A stretch of 64,000 bases of DNA. It comes from Marsupella aquatica. Taxonomy: Eukaryota > Plantae > Marchantiophyta. This document shows positions 27,102 through 39,145 of the stretch, piece by piece. Positions within the stretch are counted from its first letter, which is position 1; each line of letters opens with the position of its first letter. A model generated the notes under the pieces. It saw only the letters and a program-made list of their open reading frames with translations. It searched no databases and was not told where the DNA came from. The stretch covers positions 20,286,169-20,350,168 of the forward strand of contig OZ316891.1 of the NCBI GenBank assembly GCA_973895155.1. Direction: 5' to 3'. A program made the translations under genes and the position numbers.

Positions 27102-27640
27102 TTTGGGTGTCTTCATCCTCAGTTTGATGGGCTTCTTCGGCAAGCTGCCCGGGATGTTCATGGCCGAATGGGTCCCACCGGACCCCCGCTTTCTATTTTG
27201 ACCACGCACTTTCGCCAACGCATTTCAGTCACCTTACAGCGTGCTCAAGCTCGGGCCATCTATCGTCGATCTCTTACAGTGGGTGCTAGTGTGCCTCCGC
27301 AGCGGCTAGCTCCCCTTGAGGATGTTCCAATCCCACTTGCCGATCTAGTTTTGACTCTTGATGTGGACCATTAACTTTTTGCCACAATCGGTAGGAATGA
27401 TGAGGACCTCGGTCCGCTTGGGTTAGTTTTAGTCTCTCTCTCTTTCTTGGTTTTTAGGGGTTCCCTATTGTTCATTTCTTACTTTTAGTTCCTCTTTCTT
27501 GGTGTTTAGTGGTTCCCTTTTGCTCACTTCTTTTTCGATTGGTTTTGTCCACTTGGGCCCTCTTTTGTTTGTTCATTTGTACTCTGTTTGGTCCCTTTGT
27601 ATATAAAAAGTGTGTATATTTTTTTTTAATATTTTTTTTT
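27102..27640 (+). mobile_element. 5'-truncated non-LTR retrotransposon, C-terminus of restriction-like endonuclease (CRE/RLE-type) ORF plus 3' UTR
   Basis: FGCLHPQFDGLLRQAA...HFRQRISVTLQRAQARAIYRR resembles the RLE C-terminal pattern G.....ll..la...QRlSv.lQrgnA. T-rich tail; tagtagtt is present at both ends. Confidence 0.65.
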
Positions 27641-28366
27641 AGTAGTTCACTGTCAAGTATTTGAGAATTAAATTCTCCAGGCCCACCGAATTTTCGGTCC
27701 ATTGATGGCGCCCAGATCGAAGATCAGAGTTGCATGATATTATGATGCCAATACCAGTAAGGTAAACCCCATCTGCAAGAGGGAGTAATGTGAATAATCC
27801 TGGAGGGGCTATCATCCCTGAGTATACCCCCAAGTGAATTTTTGATATATTCCCATTATCCTAAGTTACCAAAAGTAAGCCCCCAGAAATATTTTTGACA
27901 TATTATGTTTATTAGCTCACACGTATTCTCATTCAAATTTGAGAATGGTGGCACACAGTTTGGTGGAGACTCACTCACAGAGTAATGTCTAGAGTAATGT
28001 CTGAACACTAACAAACAAAATTCACTACTAGTGTATATCAATACCCAACTCTTGTTGTCTGCCTAGCTGGTGGTCTTCGCCTCTGTGGCTTCTCTAATAC
28101 ACACGTATTTAAAGAAAAACGAAAACAAACAAAAAACAAAAAACCCAACTCTCCCTTGCAGTCCACTTCGTGCATTGAATCCAGTTACAGGAACTTGAGA
28201 CCCATTCAAATATGGTATCTACTGTAGTGATCCTCCATGGCGAGACCCAAGTGAATACCAAAGTGCAATGCTTTCTTTTTTTTCTAGAAGCGATCCAAAC
28301 ATTTCCAAACTATCAATGATTCTTTCATGATCATAGCTTAGTAAGAATTTGGTCTGAGTGCCCCCC

Positions 28367-28515
28367 AGTTTGTACTGAATCATCAGCAGGCCAAGCCAGG
28401 AAGGAAGCTATGGTGCTGGTTGTGCTGGACTGTTAATTGAAAGCCACCATGAGGATGAGTTTGTACTGAATCATCAGCAGACCAAGCCAAGCCAGGAAGG
28501 AAGCTATGGTGCTGG
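28367..28515. repeat. ~55-bp direct duplication
   Basis: agtttgtactgaatcatcagcag.ccaagcc..aggaaggaagctatggtgctgg occurs twice. Confidence 0.8.
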
Positions 28516-29861
28516 CTGCTTGTGCTCGACTGGTTAGCCGACCAGAGCTGCCGCTGAAACAAACGATCGTGCACGGACGTACCGATCGTATATTGACGCA
28601 TTGTTGTAGAAGGCAACTGCCCGCAACTCAGAACTGCTTTAAAATTCAATTGCATGGTTGCTCTACTTATCATTGGAGGAAACTAAGGGCTCGATCAGCA
28701 GCTCACCATGATTATAGTAGAGAATAGTGGCCAATAGGTTGCAGCATGCACAAACAATTTGCTCCACAAAACAAGTTGACTTGTCAGATAGACTGATACC
28801 TAGCGAGTGGACATTCACCTTCATAAGCTGTAGCTGATGATGATAGCAAAAGTAACATGGGTTCGTCCAGAATGATGTACGTGACTCGACGACCTGCGAA
28901 TCAATTCACGTAGGACTGAACCAGCTGTGGAGTTAATTGCAGATTCGATCTTCGTAGCTAGCTGAAATTAACAGCATCCACCTGAATCTCTTTGCAGGCT
29001 TGGATTAATGTGCACGGAAGCTTTCCTGGCCAGCATTTATTTGATTCCCAAGTAGCACTGCGGGTTCGACAGCCAGTCGAGGTGTTAAAGCACGAAGTGC
29101 AGCCTCTCGACATTCACAATTTCACATTACAATCCTCCTCTATTTGAAAAGCTCGAGACGATCGAGGATTCATTGGCTGGAGAATTTATATGAGTCTGAC
29201 CGATTGTGCAGTGCTTTCAGTTTCTGAGTTGACCGCAAGCTAGGCAAGATCCCCGTACAAACTCTAGAAAATGATCGATCAACCATATATAACAGTTGTT
29301 TCCGGACCTCAACTAGCTTGCACACGCACACAAGCCCATCGTGGGACTCAAGGCTGATCCGTAAATTGTGGGTCCATGCCAGCTGCTCAGTTCGTCGTTC
29401 ACTTCACCTTCGTCTTCGATCAGTCCCTCTCTCGTCAACATTGCAGGAAGTGCTTCGAGGTCAAAATCATTGCTGCGAGAAGATTCCGAGCTTGAGATAT
29501 GAGACAGGATGCATATATATATATATATAGTAAGATTGCATTCTTAATGTAATTAGTGCTAGCTGGAGATTGACTAACCTAGCCTGGAGGAACTGGTGTT
29601 ATAAATTCGGCATCTCCGTAGAGTGAGCTCCCTCGAATGGAAATCAGTACATGCAGGTCAGTATAGGACTCTCTGCTTAGAGCTAGCTACAGTAGCTATT
29701 CTTGCCTACACTGAGATGAGATGCTGGCCGGTCTGGTTGCAAGCAGAAGGGTCAGCGTTTCTGTGTTGCACGTAAGCATGAGCTACGGATGACGAGTCAC
29801 TGAATGAAATCTTTGGGAGTCTCAATCTCCGACAACTTTCGTAGATTTTCATAGTTGAGGA

Positions 29862-32800
29862 ATGGATTTCGTGAGTAGTTCGGATACTCAATCATGGCTG
29901 AAGGTTAATAAGGCGAAGAAAAGAGCAATGGTTACTCCGTGGGCAGTACTGGTATGGCTGCCCTTCACCTTAATGCTATTTGGCAGTGGTATAAGAGATC
30001 ATGACCAGATTTTCTTCGTTGGGGCAAATGGTTGGAGTACCACAAGCTTGTGTGCTGCCTTCGTGGACGGCACTGGATACCCTTGCATCGAGCACAGTGT
30101 AAGAACGAGGGCATTCCATAATGCAATTCTTCTCCTCTTTGGCGGTCCATGAACTCTAGGCAAACGTAATCTATCAGCCAGCTTAATCCATAACACCTGT
30201 AGTTACTGAGTATTTTTTCTATTCACATACCAACAGCTACAGTAGCTATCGTGAAACGGAAGTGTACGCCGTGCGATTCTCTGGTAGAATCCAGCCGCAC
30301 ATTCAGTCAGTTGCAATAATTATAACTCCTCATGCATGATTGCTCAAACTGTTTGCAGCTAGCTCCGATGGAAATTTGTCCAATCTAGAGTACTGTTTTG
30401 GCTGAGAGTCTCTTACTGGGGCTCGAGAAACTCAACATGAAAACACTGTCTAGCTATACCTTACTGATCCTTCTGCATATGTGTGGGCTTCGAGTGGAAG
30501 TTTATGGAATTGTCGTCCGCACGCAAGCTAATCCTCATATCTGGGTATCTCTATCTGTGTGCAGGTCCAAACAGAGGACGGATACCTGCTCGGTCTGCAA
30601 AATATTCCATACGGATTGGAGAACTCTGGGGATAACAGCAGCCGTCCTCCGGTCTTTCTACAGCATGGCGTGCTCCAGGTCAGTAAGCTGGCCTGGTCGA
30701 CTTGACCCACGAGTTGGACACGTTGTGTGATTACGGAATAGACGAGAGGGATCTCAGGGGCTGCATCCGAAGCAGATCTCCCCTGTTGAAAACCCCTCAC
30801 CGCTAAAAGGAGTCTAAAATTTCTTCAAAGGAAACGTGTCATGGCACTGTAGTAGTCAATGATCTCTTCTGATTGCACCAAACTTCTATCGATCAAATTT
30901 TACGAGCTCGGTCCAACTATTTTTCGTTGGGATGAGTCCGTGTATTTGAGGATCATCCCGGGATCAATTACGTGTTTTTGGTGACTTTCGTTACCAAATC
31001 GTTGGATGCTTTGATGGATGGCTGCAGGATGGGGATGATTGGGTTCTGAATTCTCCAGACCAGGCACTAGCCTACTTGATGGCGGACGCAGGCTATGACG
31101 TATGGATCGGAAATACTCGAAATACTCGTTGGAGTCATGGGCATGTCTCGCTCTCCCAGGATTCTCAGGCATGAATCTTGAATCCCATATAATCACTGTA
31201 GACGCAATACTTTCTCAGCCTGGCTGCGGAAACTTCCGATCAACTTTGCGAGAGTCAAGTTCTCGGAGACACGTCGATGTAGAGATTAGATCAACTTGCC
31301 CTGTTTCTGAGGTTCTCAACTGGAGTTGAATTCTAGTTATTTTGTATAGAGTTAGATGATGCATGCAAATTTTTCTCGGAAACTATGACCGAGGTTTTGA
31401 ATTATTGAATCGAACGAGGGTCAATGTGGTCATGTCGTAAGTGACAATGCTCTGGACCTGGTCCACACCAATCCACCTCGAACTCTATCGTTACAGCAGC
31501 ATGGGTGCAAGAATGGGCTACCAGATTGCCAGCCACTTATATGAATTCCTTTCGCTTTATGGCCCGCTCTCGGGCACGTTTACCACGTACCGATCTAGAC
31601 ACTCATCCATTCATTCATCTTAAAGTGTGAACCCCGGGTTTGAATCGTTTTTTTGTTTTTGCCTCGAAATAACCAAATGAATTCTATTCAAATAGCCAAC
31701 ATTGTTTGTTGGGTTTGAATCTTCTTATCGAATTGAAATTGTCAGTTTCATGGCGAATAGTCGGCTCTGTGCAGGATTATTGGAACTGGACTTGGGCCGA
31801 GCTTGCCGCATATGACTTGCCCGCATCTCTCTCCTACGTGTACCAAATGACGAACACTAAACTGTGTTATGTTGGCCACTCCATGGTAATTGCCTGCTCT
31901 TTCCTGCGATGCGAAACATGCGTCTGGCTTTTGCGTAAGAAGTCTAGATCAGATCTTCTTTCAGCGGAGTTTGAATGGAAAGTGTCCATGGGATTGAGTT
32001 TCACAACGCCAATAGTTTTGGGTACCGAGTACTAGATTTCTAGATCTTATCTCGTCACGGATGATGTGAGTTTCTGTGATTTTCTGCTTTTTCTCTGTGA
32101 GATCTTCAAATTGCTCTCCTGGATAACAAGAAAGCAAATCGTTTACTGAGCAACAGCCTCCGTTGTCAGGGGACGTTAACAGTGCTCGCAGCGCTTTCAG
32201 AATCGCAATCTGGGGTGGGTGAAACGCTTCGTGCAGTTGCACTGCTAAGCCCCATTGCTTATTTGGGTAACATATCCTCGGCCTTGGTACAAGCAGCAGC
32301 CAAGCTCTACATAGATATAGTAAGGATTTTATGAAATTCTTTCGTCCTTCGACAATCATGCTTCCAAGGGTGCTACCCTTGAGAAATTAAAACGCGTAGG
32401 GGTTTGAATTCTCGGTAACTAGTTTCAAAACTAGAATTCTCGATAACTAATTTCGAAACTAGATTTTCTCCTGTACTTGCGAAATAAGCAGACGTGCGAG
32501 AATGACTATGTGTGGGTAGAGTTTGCAAGTCGCTGATCTTTCCGTTATCTACAGGTTTTTCAACAATTTGGTCTCGCAGAGTTTTCTGTTTCAAAGTAAG
32601 TGTAAAGCAATTCTATCCTGGCTTTCATAAACATCACGTCAGTTAAGACATTTTGAGCCATTGTTTCTGTCGTATTTAATTTCATCTAACATGTGGCCTA
32701 TTGAGCTTTTTTCATGGACAGCCCTGTGGGGTTGGAGCTGATCTCCCTGGCATGTAGCTTACCGGATATTCAGTGCGGAGACTTGCTTTCAACAATAACG

Positions 32801-33545
32801 GGTATTTAATATATTGCAGGGATTCTGTTTTTCTTCATTGAAAAGCTTTCATGCCCAGTTGTTTCACAGATCATGTCAATGTCTTTGCGTAAAATGTGGG
32901 CAATCCATAGTATGGCTCAGCACAGACTGTTTGCTCATGGCAGGGTTCAATTGTTGTCTAAATACCTCGCGAATCGACTACTACTTGTCGTTTGAACCTC
33001 AACCAACATCTCTGAAAAACATGGTTCATTTCGCACAAAGTAAGAAATACTGCCTTCCTTTATCTCTCTTCTGCACTTCTGCTTTCCAAATATGACAATT
33101 TGCTGTCCGGGTTAGAGATTTTCCACCTCGGTTCATGACGTTGAGTCTAATCAATTGAAGATTTTTCTTTCCCCTCTCTAACTGTGAATTCATTCTGTGT
33201 GCACGTCCATAACCGGCTCCAGTGGTTAGGACAGGAACATTTGCGAAGTATGACTATGGTCAAGACGACAACAAGGCCAAATACAATCAGCCTACCCCAC
33301 CAGCCTACGATGTTTCGCAAATAGAGAAATCGATTGCCATGTTCATCGCGTATGGAGGGAACGATGCAATAGGCGATCCGGAAGATGTCGGACGTGTTCT
33401 CCCGGCGCTTTCTCCAGACAGGCTCCTCGAAGTTCTCTATCTGCCAGATTATGCACACACAGACTTCTTTCTCTCGAATACTGCATATATGGACCTTTAC
33501 CCTCGTATCATCACCTTCTTCCAAACTCTTCCAAACTCTCAGTGA
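29862..33545 (+). CDS. Secreted acid triacylglycerol lipase (LIP1/LIP2-like alpha/beta hydrolase), multi-exon
   Basis: Hydrophobic N-terminus, YPCIEHSVQTEDGYLL, PVFLQHG, GYDVWIGNTR, ELAAYDLPA, nucleophile GHSMG split by an intron, FEPQPTSLKNMVH, GGNDAIGD and YAHTDF. The start could be the second Met (~29928). Confidence 0.92.
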
Positions 33546-34876
33546 AATTTGTGACACTCTGGACATAGCCGAGTGCAGATTGCTTAACAGGGAAGGGCCA
33601 CCGTCATCTCAATTGCACAGTATGTCACTGTAGATCTCACCATCTCAATGGCAGCCTGAACACATTGGACCTGTCGTTATGCTGTAACTCCCATTTCTGG
33701 CTCGAACAGGCTACCCCTCTCCCATCTCACTCTTCTTTCTTGCGGAAAACTCTCTTGGACTCATGGGAGTTTGATCTGTCATTTCTGTGTGCGAGAATCT
33801 AAGATGAAATGAAGATGATTTAGATGGCTGGCCCGGCTCTGCCAGGACATTTGAAAGACGGTCGGAGCGGCCTGTTTGGGAACTTTGACACAAGACCAGG
33901 TCGTCACTCAGGTGAACTGGGTGTCAAGTTAATGAGTTAGAAACTAGGCAGGATTGACTTCGATACTTGTTGAGGCGTAGACTTGCATTTTTAGGCAGGA
34001 TTAACTTCGATTTTACTAGGCCGTGAAGGCTCTCAATACAGTCCAATTTGAAAACACTCAAGATAACTAGTGGACTATATGGTCCTAATATATGTCAAAA
34101 ACGAGGGCCCTAGTCCTTGCATCTGCAATAAAGTTGCAAAGAATCACTGCTATGGAAGGTCGAAGTGCTCTGGAATTTCACACAAATAGTGATTCGCTGT
34201 TGACATTTCCCCCTTTGCTGACATTGCAGTTCCGTATAACGGGACAGATTGGCGTTGTCAACAAGAAGACACTTTCCTACTCTAGCGAGAGTCATTATTT
34301 ACTTCCTTGAATGACATCCATAATCCAAGGTGCAAGGAGTAGGGGCTTTGTGTAGGTGTCATAAGAGTGACAATAGAACAAAGCGGGCAAACTGCAAGCA
34401 TGATATGTCAATGAATCTTCAAACAGAGAATGCAAATTATTAATCAAACCAACTTTTCAAGGCCATTTTCTGTGGTGGCAAGATTATGATCAGGTCAAAC
34501 TCACAATATCTTGAAATACAAAAACAAGAATTTCACGTTATTATACATTTCGTGTTGAATTCCTGTGAATCTACAGTACAGTACTTGAATCTACGTTTCC
34601 TAAACTGTGCATTAAATGGCAGAGTCTGCTAGACAAAACTGCAGTAAAGAACACTCCACCCTACTTAAACATGTTTAAAAACACTCTCTCCTTTTGAGCA
34701 CGTTGCATCATCCAAAATCTTTACAAGCAACCGTACTATTGCCATTGAGTCCAAATGGATCTCGATAAAACCGAAGAAATTTGCTAGCAACAGAAGCCTA
34801 CATGTAGAATCTCGTCTTAAGAGGTTACTTCTCAAAAATTCTCCGCTTTGCCTCGCTGTACACGAAAGATCTCCCT

Positions 34877-36416
34877 TCACGATGATCGGAAGAACTTTGT
34901 CCAGATAATGATAAAGAAAACGCACAGAAACACAAAAAGGATAACATGCATCAGATGATTTGAGCCATTTTGAATGATACTTCTGTTCATCCTTTTCATA
35001 GTGCTCCTTATTCCTGCTTGTGCTTTGACCATCGTGCTCTCCTGAACAATCAAACCCAGAACAATATCACCACCAGCAGGAACGGTTACAACGAGCTTGG
35101 AACACATAACCTCTATGCACATTGGATGATATGAAGAATCATATTTTAAGCAAAGCATTTTCCAGATCCTAGCTAAGCCACTTCAACCATTCTCATAGGA
35201 GCACCGCTACACTCTGATCTAAGAGGACATCCGCATTTGCCGTGTCGTGGCGAGTGGCACATAAGATAAATTTACCACTTCAAAATTAATTTAAAAATCA
35301 AGTTTATATGCCTAGAACTGTAACTAATGTCAGAGAGCAACACAGCGTAGAAGTCACAGTCAATATGGCATTCTTGAGGACCATTCAAACTTACAAGCTG
35401 GTTGAGTAGCTCATTTTGAAACTTCGTCTCACTTTCAATAACCTGAGCGACCTGCATCGCAGAACAAACATCGTCATCGAGCCATAGAGGATTTTTCGAA
35501 AAGATATAAACCCACGCTCCTTCCTGGTGAATGTGAATTTCAACAGGAAGCACTTGACCCTCGAATAAAAAGGGAAGCTCAGTTGAAACACTTCTTTACA
35601 TCACTGTAGCAAAATCCATTCCACAGCAGTATTTCCAGATGTTATTGAGGTGCTCCTTCAATCCCCACCAGCATTCTCTACTTTTCTTGAAGTGCAGCTC
35701 CCTTCCTTATATTCCAGGTGAGGCAAAGAGGCAGTGATAGCATTTTGAACTGAAACAATTTGCAAGTCGATTGAGATCTCTAATCTGCTCTCTTAACGTT
35801 AACATGTCTTGAATCATGTTGTAATAAAACTCATGCAGCTGGTCCATCTGCTCCGTTATCATTAGAACATGATCAAGCCAGCGACAAGGCCAAGACATGT
35901 CCTTGGTGCAGTATGCCATCAAAACAAACCAATTTTAACACTTTCAAAAAAATCCGAAAACATACATGCTTCAGCCGATGAACTTTATCACGCAAACCAG
36001 TGATTTCCTCGTCAACGTCACGCTGGATAGGGTCCACTCTCACTGAAAGCTGCCCGTCATTCAGGCTTGGATATCTGCCACTGAGCTTGTCTCTGTAGAA
36101 TTCTCCGAATCCCAACATTTCATCAAATGAAAGGTTTTTGAGGAGAGTCTTCAAATATTTCAATCAATCAAACGTTATGAACTTCAATTCTCAAGAAAAT
36201 TGAGCAAAACTTCGACGAGTTTCAAAACATTCATTTTTGAAAGCAAAAGGGCTATGAGTCGGATAGCATTAATAGCATCTGAATTACTCCACAATTACTA
36301 GTCTACACCAAGCAGACAACAAAATGCCACATTCTTGCATCGTTGGGAGCTAAACAAGATGTCTTGTAGATCCAGATGTACCTGCTGCTGTACGGAATTC
36401 TGGGCTTGACAGACAT
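34877..36416 (-). CDS. Bet1-like / SFT1-type Qc-SNARE, 4 coding exons
   Basis: MSVKPRIPYSSR / ...RVDPIQRDVDEEITGLRDKVHRLKH / VAQVIESETKFQNELLNQL / ESTMVKAQAGIRSTMKRMNRSIIQNGSNHLMHVILF, ending in a transmembrane anchor. Confidence 0.9.
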
Positions 36417-37326
36417 TTCTCCCTGATCACTGTAGTCAGTACAATTACAATCGATGTCCAACTCCAAGAAATTGTGCTGGAGATTCAGTCCAGTCCTTGC
36501 AAACGTCCAGACGCGCTCTGGCCACACTCCTTGCCCATCAGAGGATTATCGAAGAATCCCTGCAAATTTGTTCAAGACGAATTTGGTGACGAAGACTGAA
36601 CGACATATTTTACGACGAGCCCAAACGAACGCAAGTGTCCAGATATTTCATCTCAAGCTCACGTTTGGATTTGTTTTTCGACGTCCAAGCTCGAACCCTA
36701 ATTTTGGTGAGGGCTCTCGGGGCAAGCAGGAAAAGTTACAGGTGCAGGCTTACAAACAAGGCGGCAGAATTACGAAGCAGGTCGGGCAATTTGCACCCTA
36801 AGAGTTGACAACATTGCTGTTCGAAAAAGATAATGATCTTTGGGATATTCTGATCGAGTGGGCGTATTGAAGGCTGCCAAAGGTACTTCAGAGACGGCTA
36901 AACGAAAGCTCGAGATAAAAATGGATCACGCACTGCAGGTCTTCAAGCCACTGGATGTAAAACTGCAGTAGAGCAGAACTCACCAACAGAGCAGAGTTGA
37001 TGGCACCAATTGTAGTAGAAGGAAGCTCCCGGCCTAAATCGCACCAGTGGGCTAGCTCTCTACTGCATCCATCTGCTCTTGTTAGGCAATTGCCCCCAAA
37101 TCATCCATCAGACAGAAACAGCTTCAAAAACATTTCAGTCTCTCCAAGGAAAACGTTGTATCAGTCATGTACAGTACTTATTGTGGTCTTGAGTCCGGCA
37201 ACTACTATAGTTCACACCTCCATCAAATTATTAATGATGATGCTGATCTGTGAAGGCAGACAAAAACTATTTCATCGAATTGCTCGAAAAGCTTTGGCAG
37301 TCTCTAAAGAATTCTTATGAGGAAGT

Positions 37327-37537
37327 TGTTGGAAATGAACCACAGTCAACAATGATGGTTACAACCACAAAGGGCCTGTAGCTCAGTGGTAGAGCATTAA
37401 TTACGATGTACATGAGAGGTCCTAAGTTCAATTCAAAGCCTGTTCATGGTGTTGACAATTCCAACATGGTATAGAGCCAAAGGTCAGGAAATTCTCTTGA
37501 AGGAAGTGCGGCTCAAGGGAGAGTGTTGGAAATGAAC
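37327..37537 (+). mobile_element. Miniature LTR retroelement (TRIM) with tRNA-derived LTR; 3' LTR truncated
   Basis: LTR 37327-37466 bounded by TGTTGGAA...TTCCAACA. PBS TGGTATAGAGCC follows directly. Internal region is 57 bp and ends in the purine tract aagggagag. A second LTR start, TGTTGGAAATGAAC, is at 37524. Confidence 0.8.
37372..37446 (+). pseudogene. tRNA-derived sequence inside the LTR (not a functional tRNA)
   Basis: GGGCCTGTAGCTCAGTGGTAGAGC (A box/D arm) and GTTCAATTC (B box). The anticodon arm is degenerate. Confidence 0.75.
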
Positions 37538-38150
37538 TACGAGTGTCAGTTTATTTACAATATGTTGGGCCCATTACTTCTTTTCATGTCTTGTAAGATT
37601 GAACTACGAGTGACAGATTATTTACAATATGTTGGGCCCATTACTTCTTTTCATGTCCTTGTAAGATAAAATCTGGACCTTACAGTGAGTGGAACTGCCA
37701 ATTTTGTGTAAGATAAAATGTGGACCGTTTAGTGAGTGGAACTGGCGGCTTTACAAGATGTTGGGCCAATTACTTCCTTTTATTTTCTATAAGATTAAAT
37801 CTGGACCCTACAATGAGTGGAACTGGCGGGCCCATTGCATCTTTGCATTCCAGATGAAATGAAGTGTGGACTCTCTAATAAATGGGAACAGCTGCAGTTT
37901 GTGTTACAAAAACTCATAGGCCCATTCAGGTATGGTGAATCTGGACCATATAGGGATGAAAACAAAATATATCTCCTTCTACCTTAGTAACTCCAGAGGA
38001 AATAAAGTTGGGCTGTCTAATGAATAGGAATAGTTGCAGTTTGTGTTACAAGGACTAGTGGGAAGGCTGCAGTTTGTGTTATGAGGACTCACAGCCTATT
38101 CAAGTATGGTAAATCTGGACCTCAATATGATGAAAATCAAAATCTATTTC
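37533..38150. repeat. Complex degenerate tandem repeats
   Basis: Units tacaatatgttgggcccattacttc...gtaagat, aaatctggacc..agtgagtggaactg and gcagtttgtgtta recur. Confidence 0.75.
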
Positions 38151-38799
38151 CTCCTTGTAGCTTGATTGATGGTGCAAAAGATATCTTGAGTAAAAGATTT
38201 TGTTTATTAACTAGCGTAAAAAATGTAGTCAAGTAAAAAATGTCACTATTTTTTGGTCTCCTCTTTCTCTCATTGATTACTCCTGTCAATAGGACTATCA
38301 TCCAATACCCAATGGACTATGTAACACTTCCTATGCATGGATGGTAGGGGAGAGAAGCATTTCCTGTGCATAGATGGTAGAGGGAAGAGCACTTCTTATG
38401 AATGGATGGTACAAGGAAGACTTGAGTAAACTCTTGTTCTTCTTACTGGGTTAGCTAACCCCAGATTACATTAAGATAAGATACAATTAGATTAGGCCCA
38501 CACATCTCGGCCCCTTGGGGTTATAGGTTAGGGGGAGAACATTATTTCATTCATTCTTCACATGTACTTTCTCATGAAGTGTTGATCTTTCAAGAATTTC
38601 TCCATCATAGTGTCTTGTTGGTGTAGTTTGAAATTGAATGTTCTCATGTTTTGCATTTCCTATCTAGTTTACTGTTCATTGCAAAATATAATTATATTTG
38701 TGTTTTATTCCTTCCACTTTTTCCTATTTTCATGTTTTCCACCCAAAACAGCACAAAAATTTGGGACTAGTATAGAGAAAGAAAAACAAGTACCCGTGA

Positions 38800-39145
38800 G
38801 CTCTTGTAAACCCCCTAAAGATTACCTCATGTTACCACATGTATTGTTACACAGCTTGTGAACCCCCCCTGCTCGCCCCCCCCCTAAAGATTACAGCGTG
38901 TATTATTGTTACACAGCAATGGCTCGTCGAAAGCCCTCCCACTCTATTACTCTCCTCTATTCAGAAGGGGTAGTTGGGGCTAGTATAAAAAAACGAAAAA
39001 CTACTCTCCTCTATTCACGGGAAGGGGTAGTCGGGGCTAGCAAGAAAAAGGAAAAACTACTAATGTAGTACTCTTGTAAACCCCCCTAAAGATTACCGCG
39101 TGTATTGTTACACAGCGAAGGCTCGTCGAAGCCCTCCCACTCTAC
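38800..39145. repeat. Locally duplicated block (2-3 copies)
   Basis: ctcttgtaaaccccc.taaagattac...gtattgttacacagc and ggctcgtcgaa.gccctcccactcta are repeated. Confidence 0.75.

Noticed and set aside
37372-37446. Functional tRNA gene
   Set aside because: The anticodon and T arms pair poorly and the sequence is embedded in an LTR.
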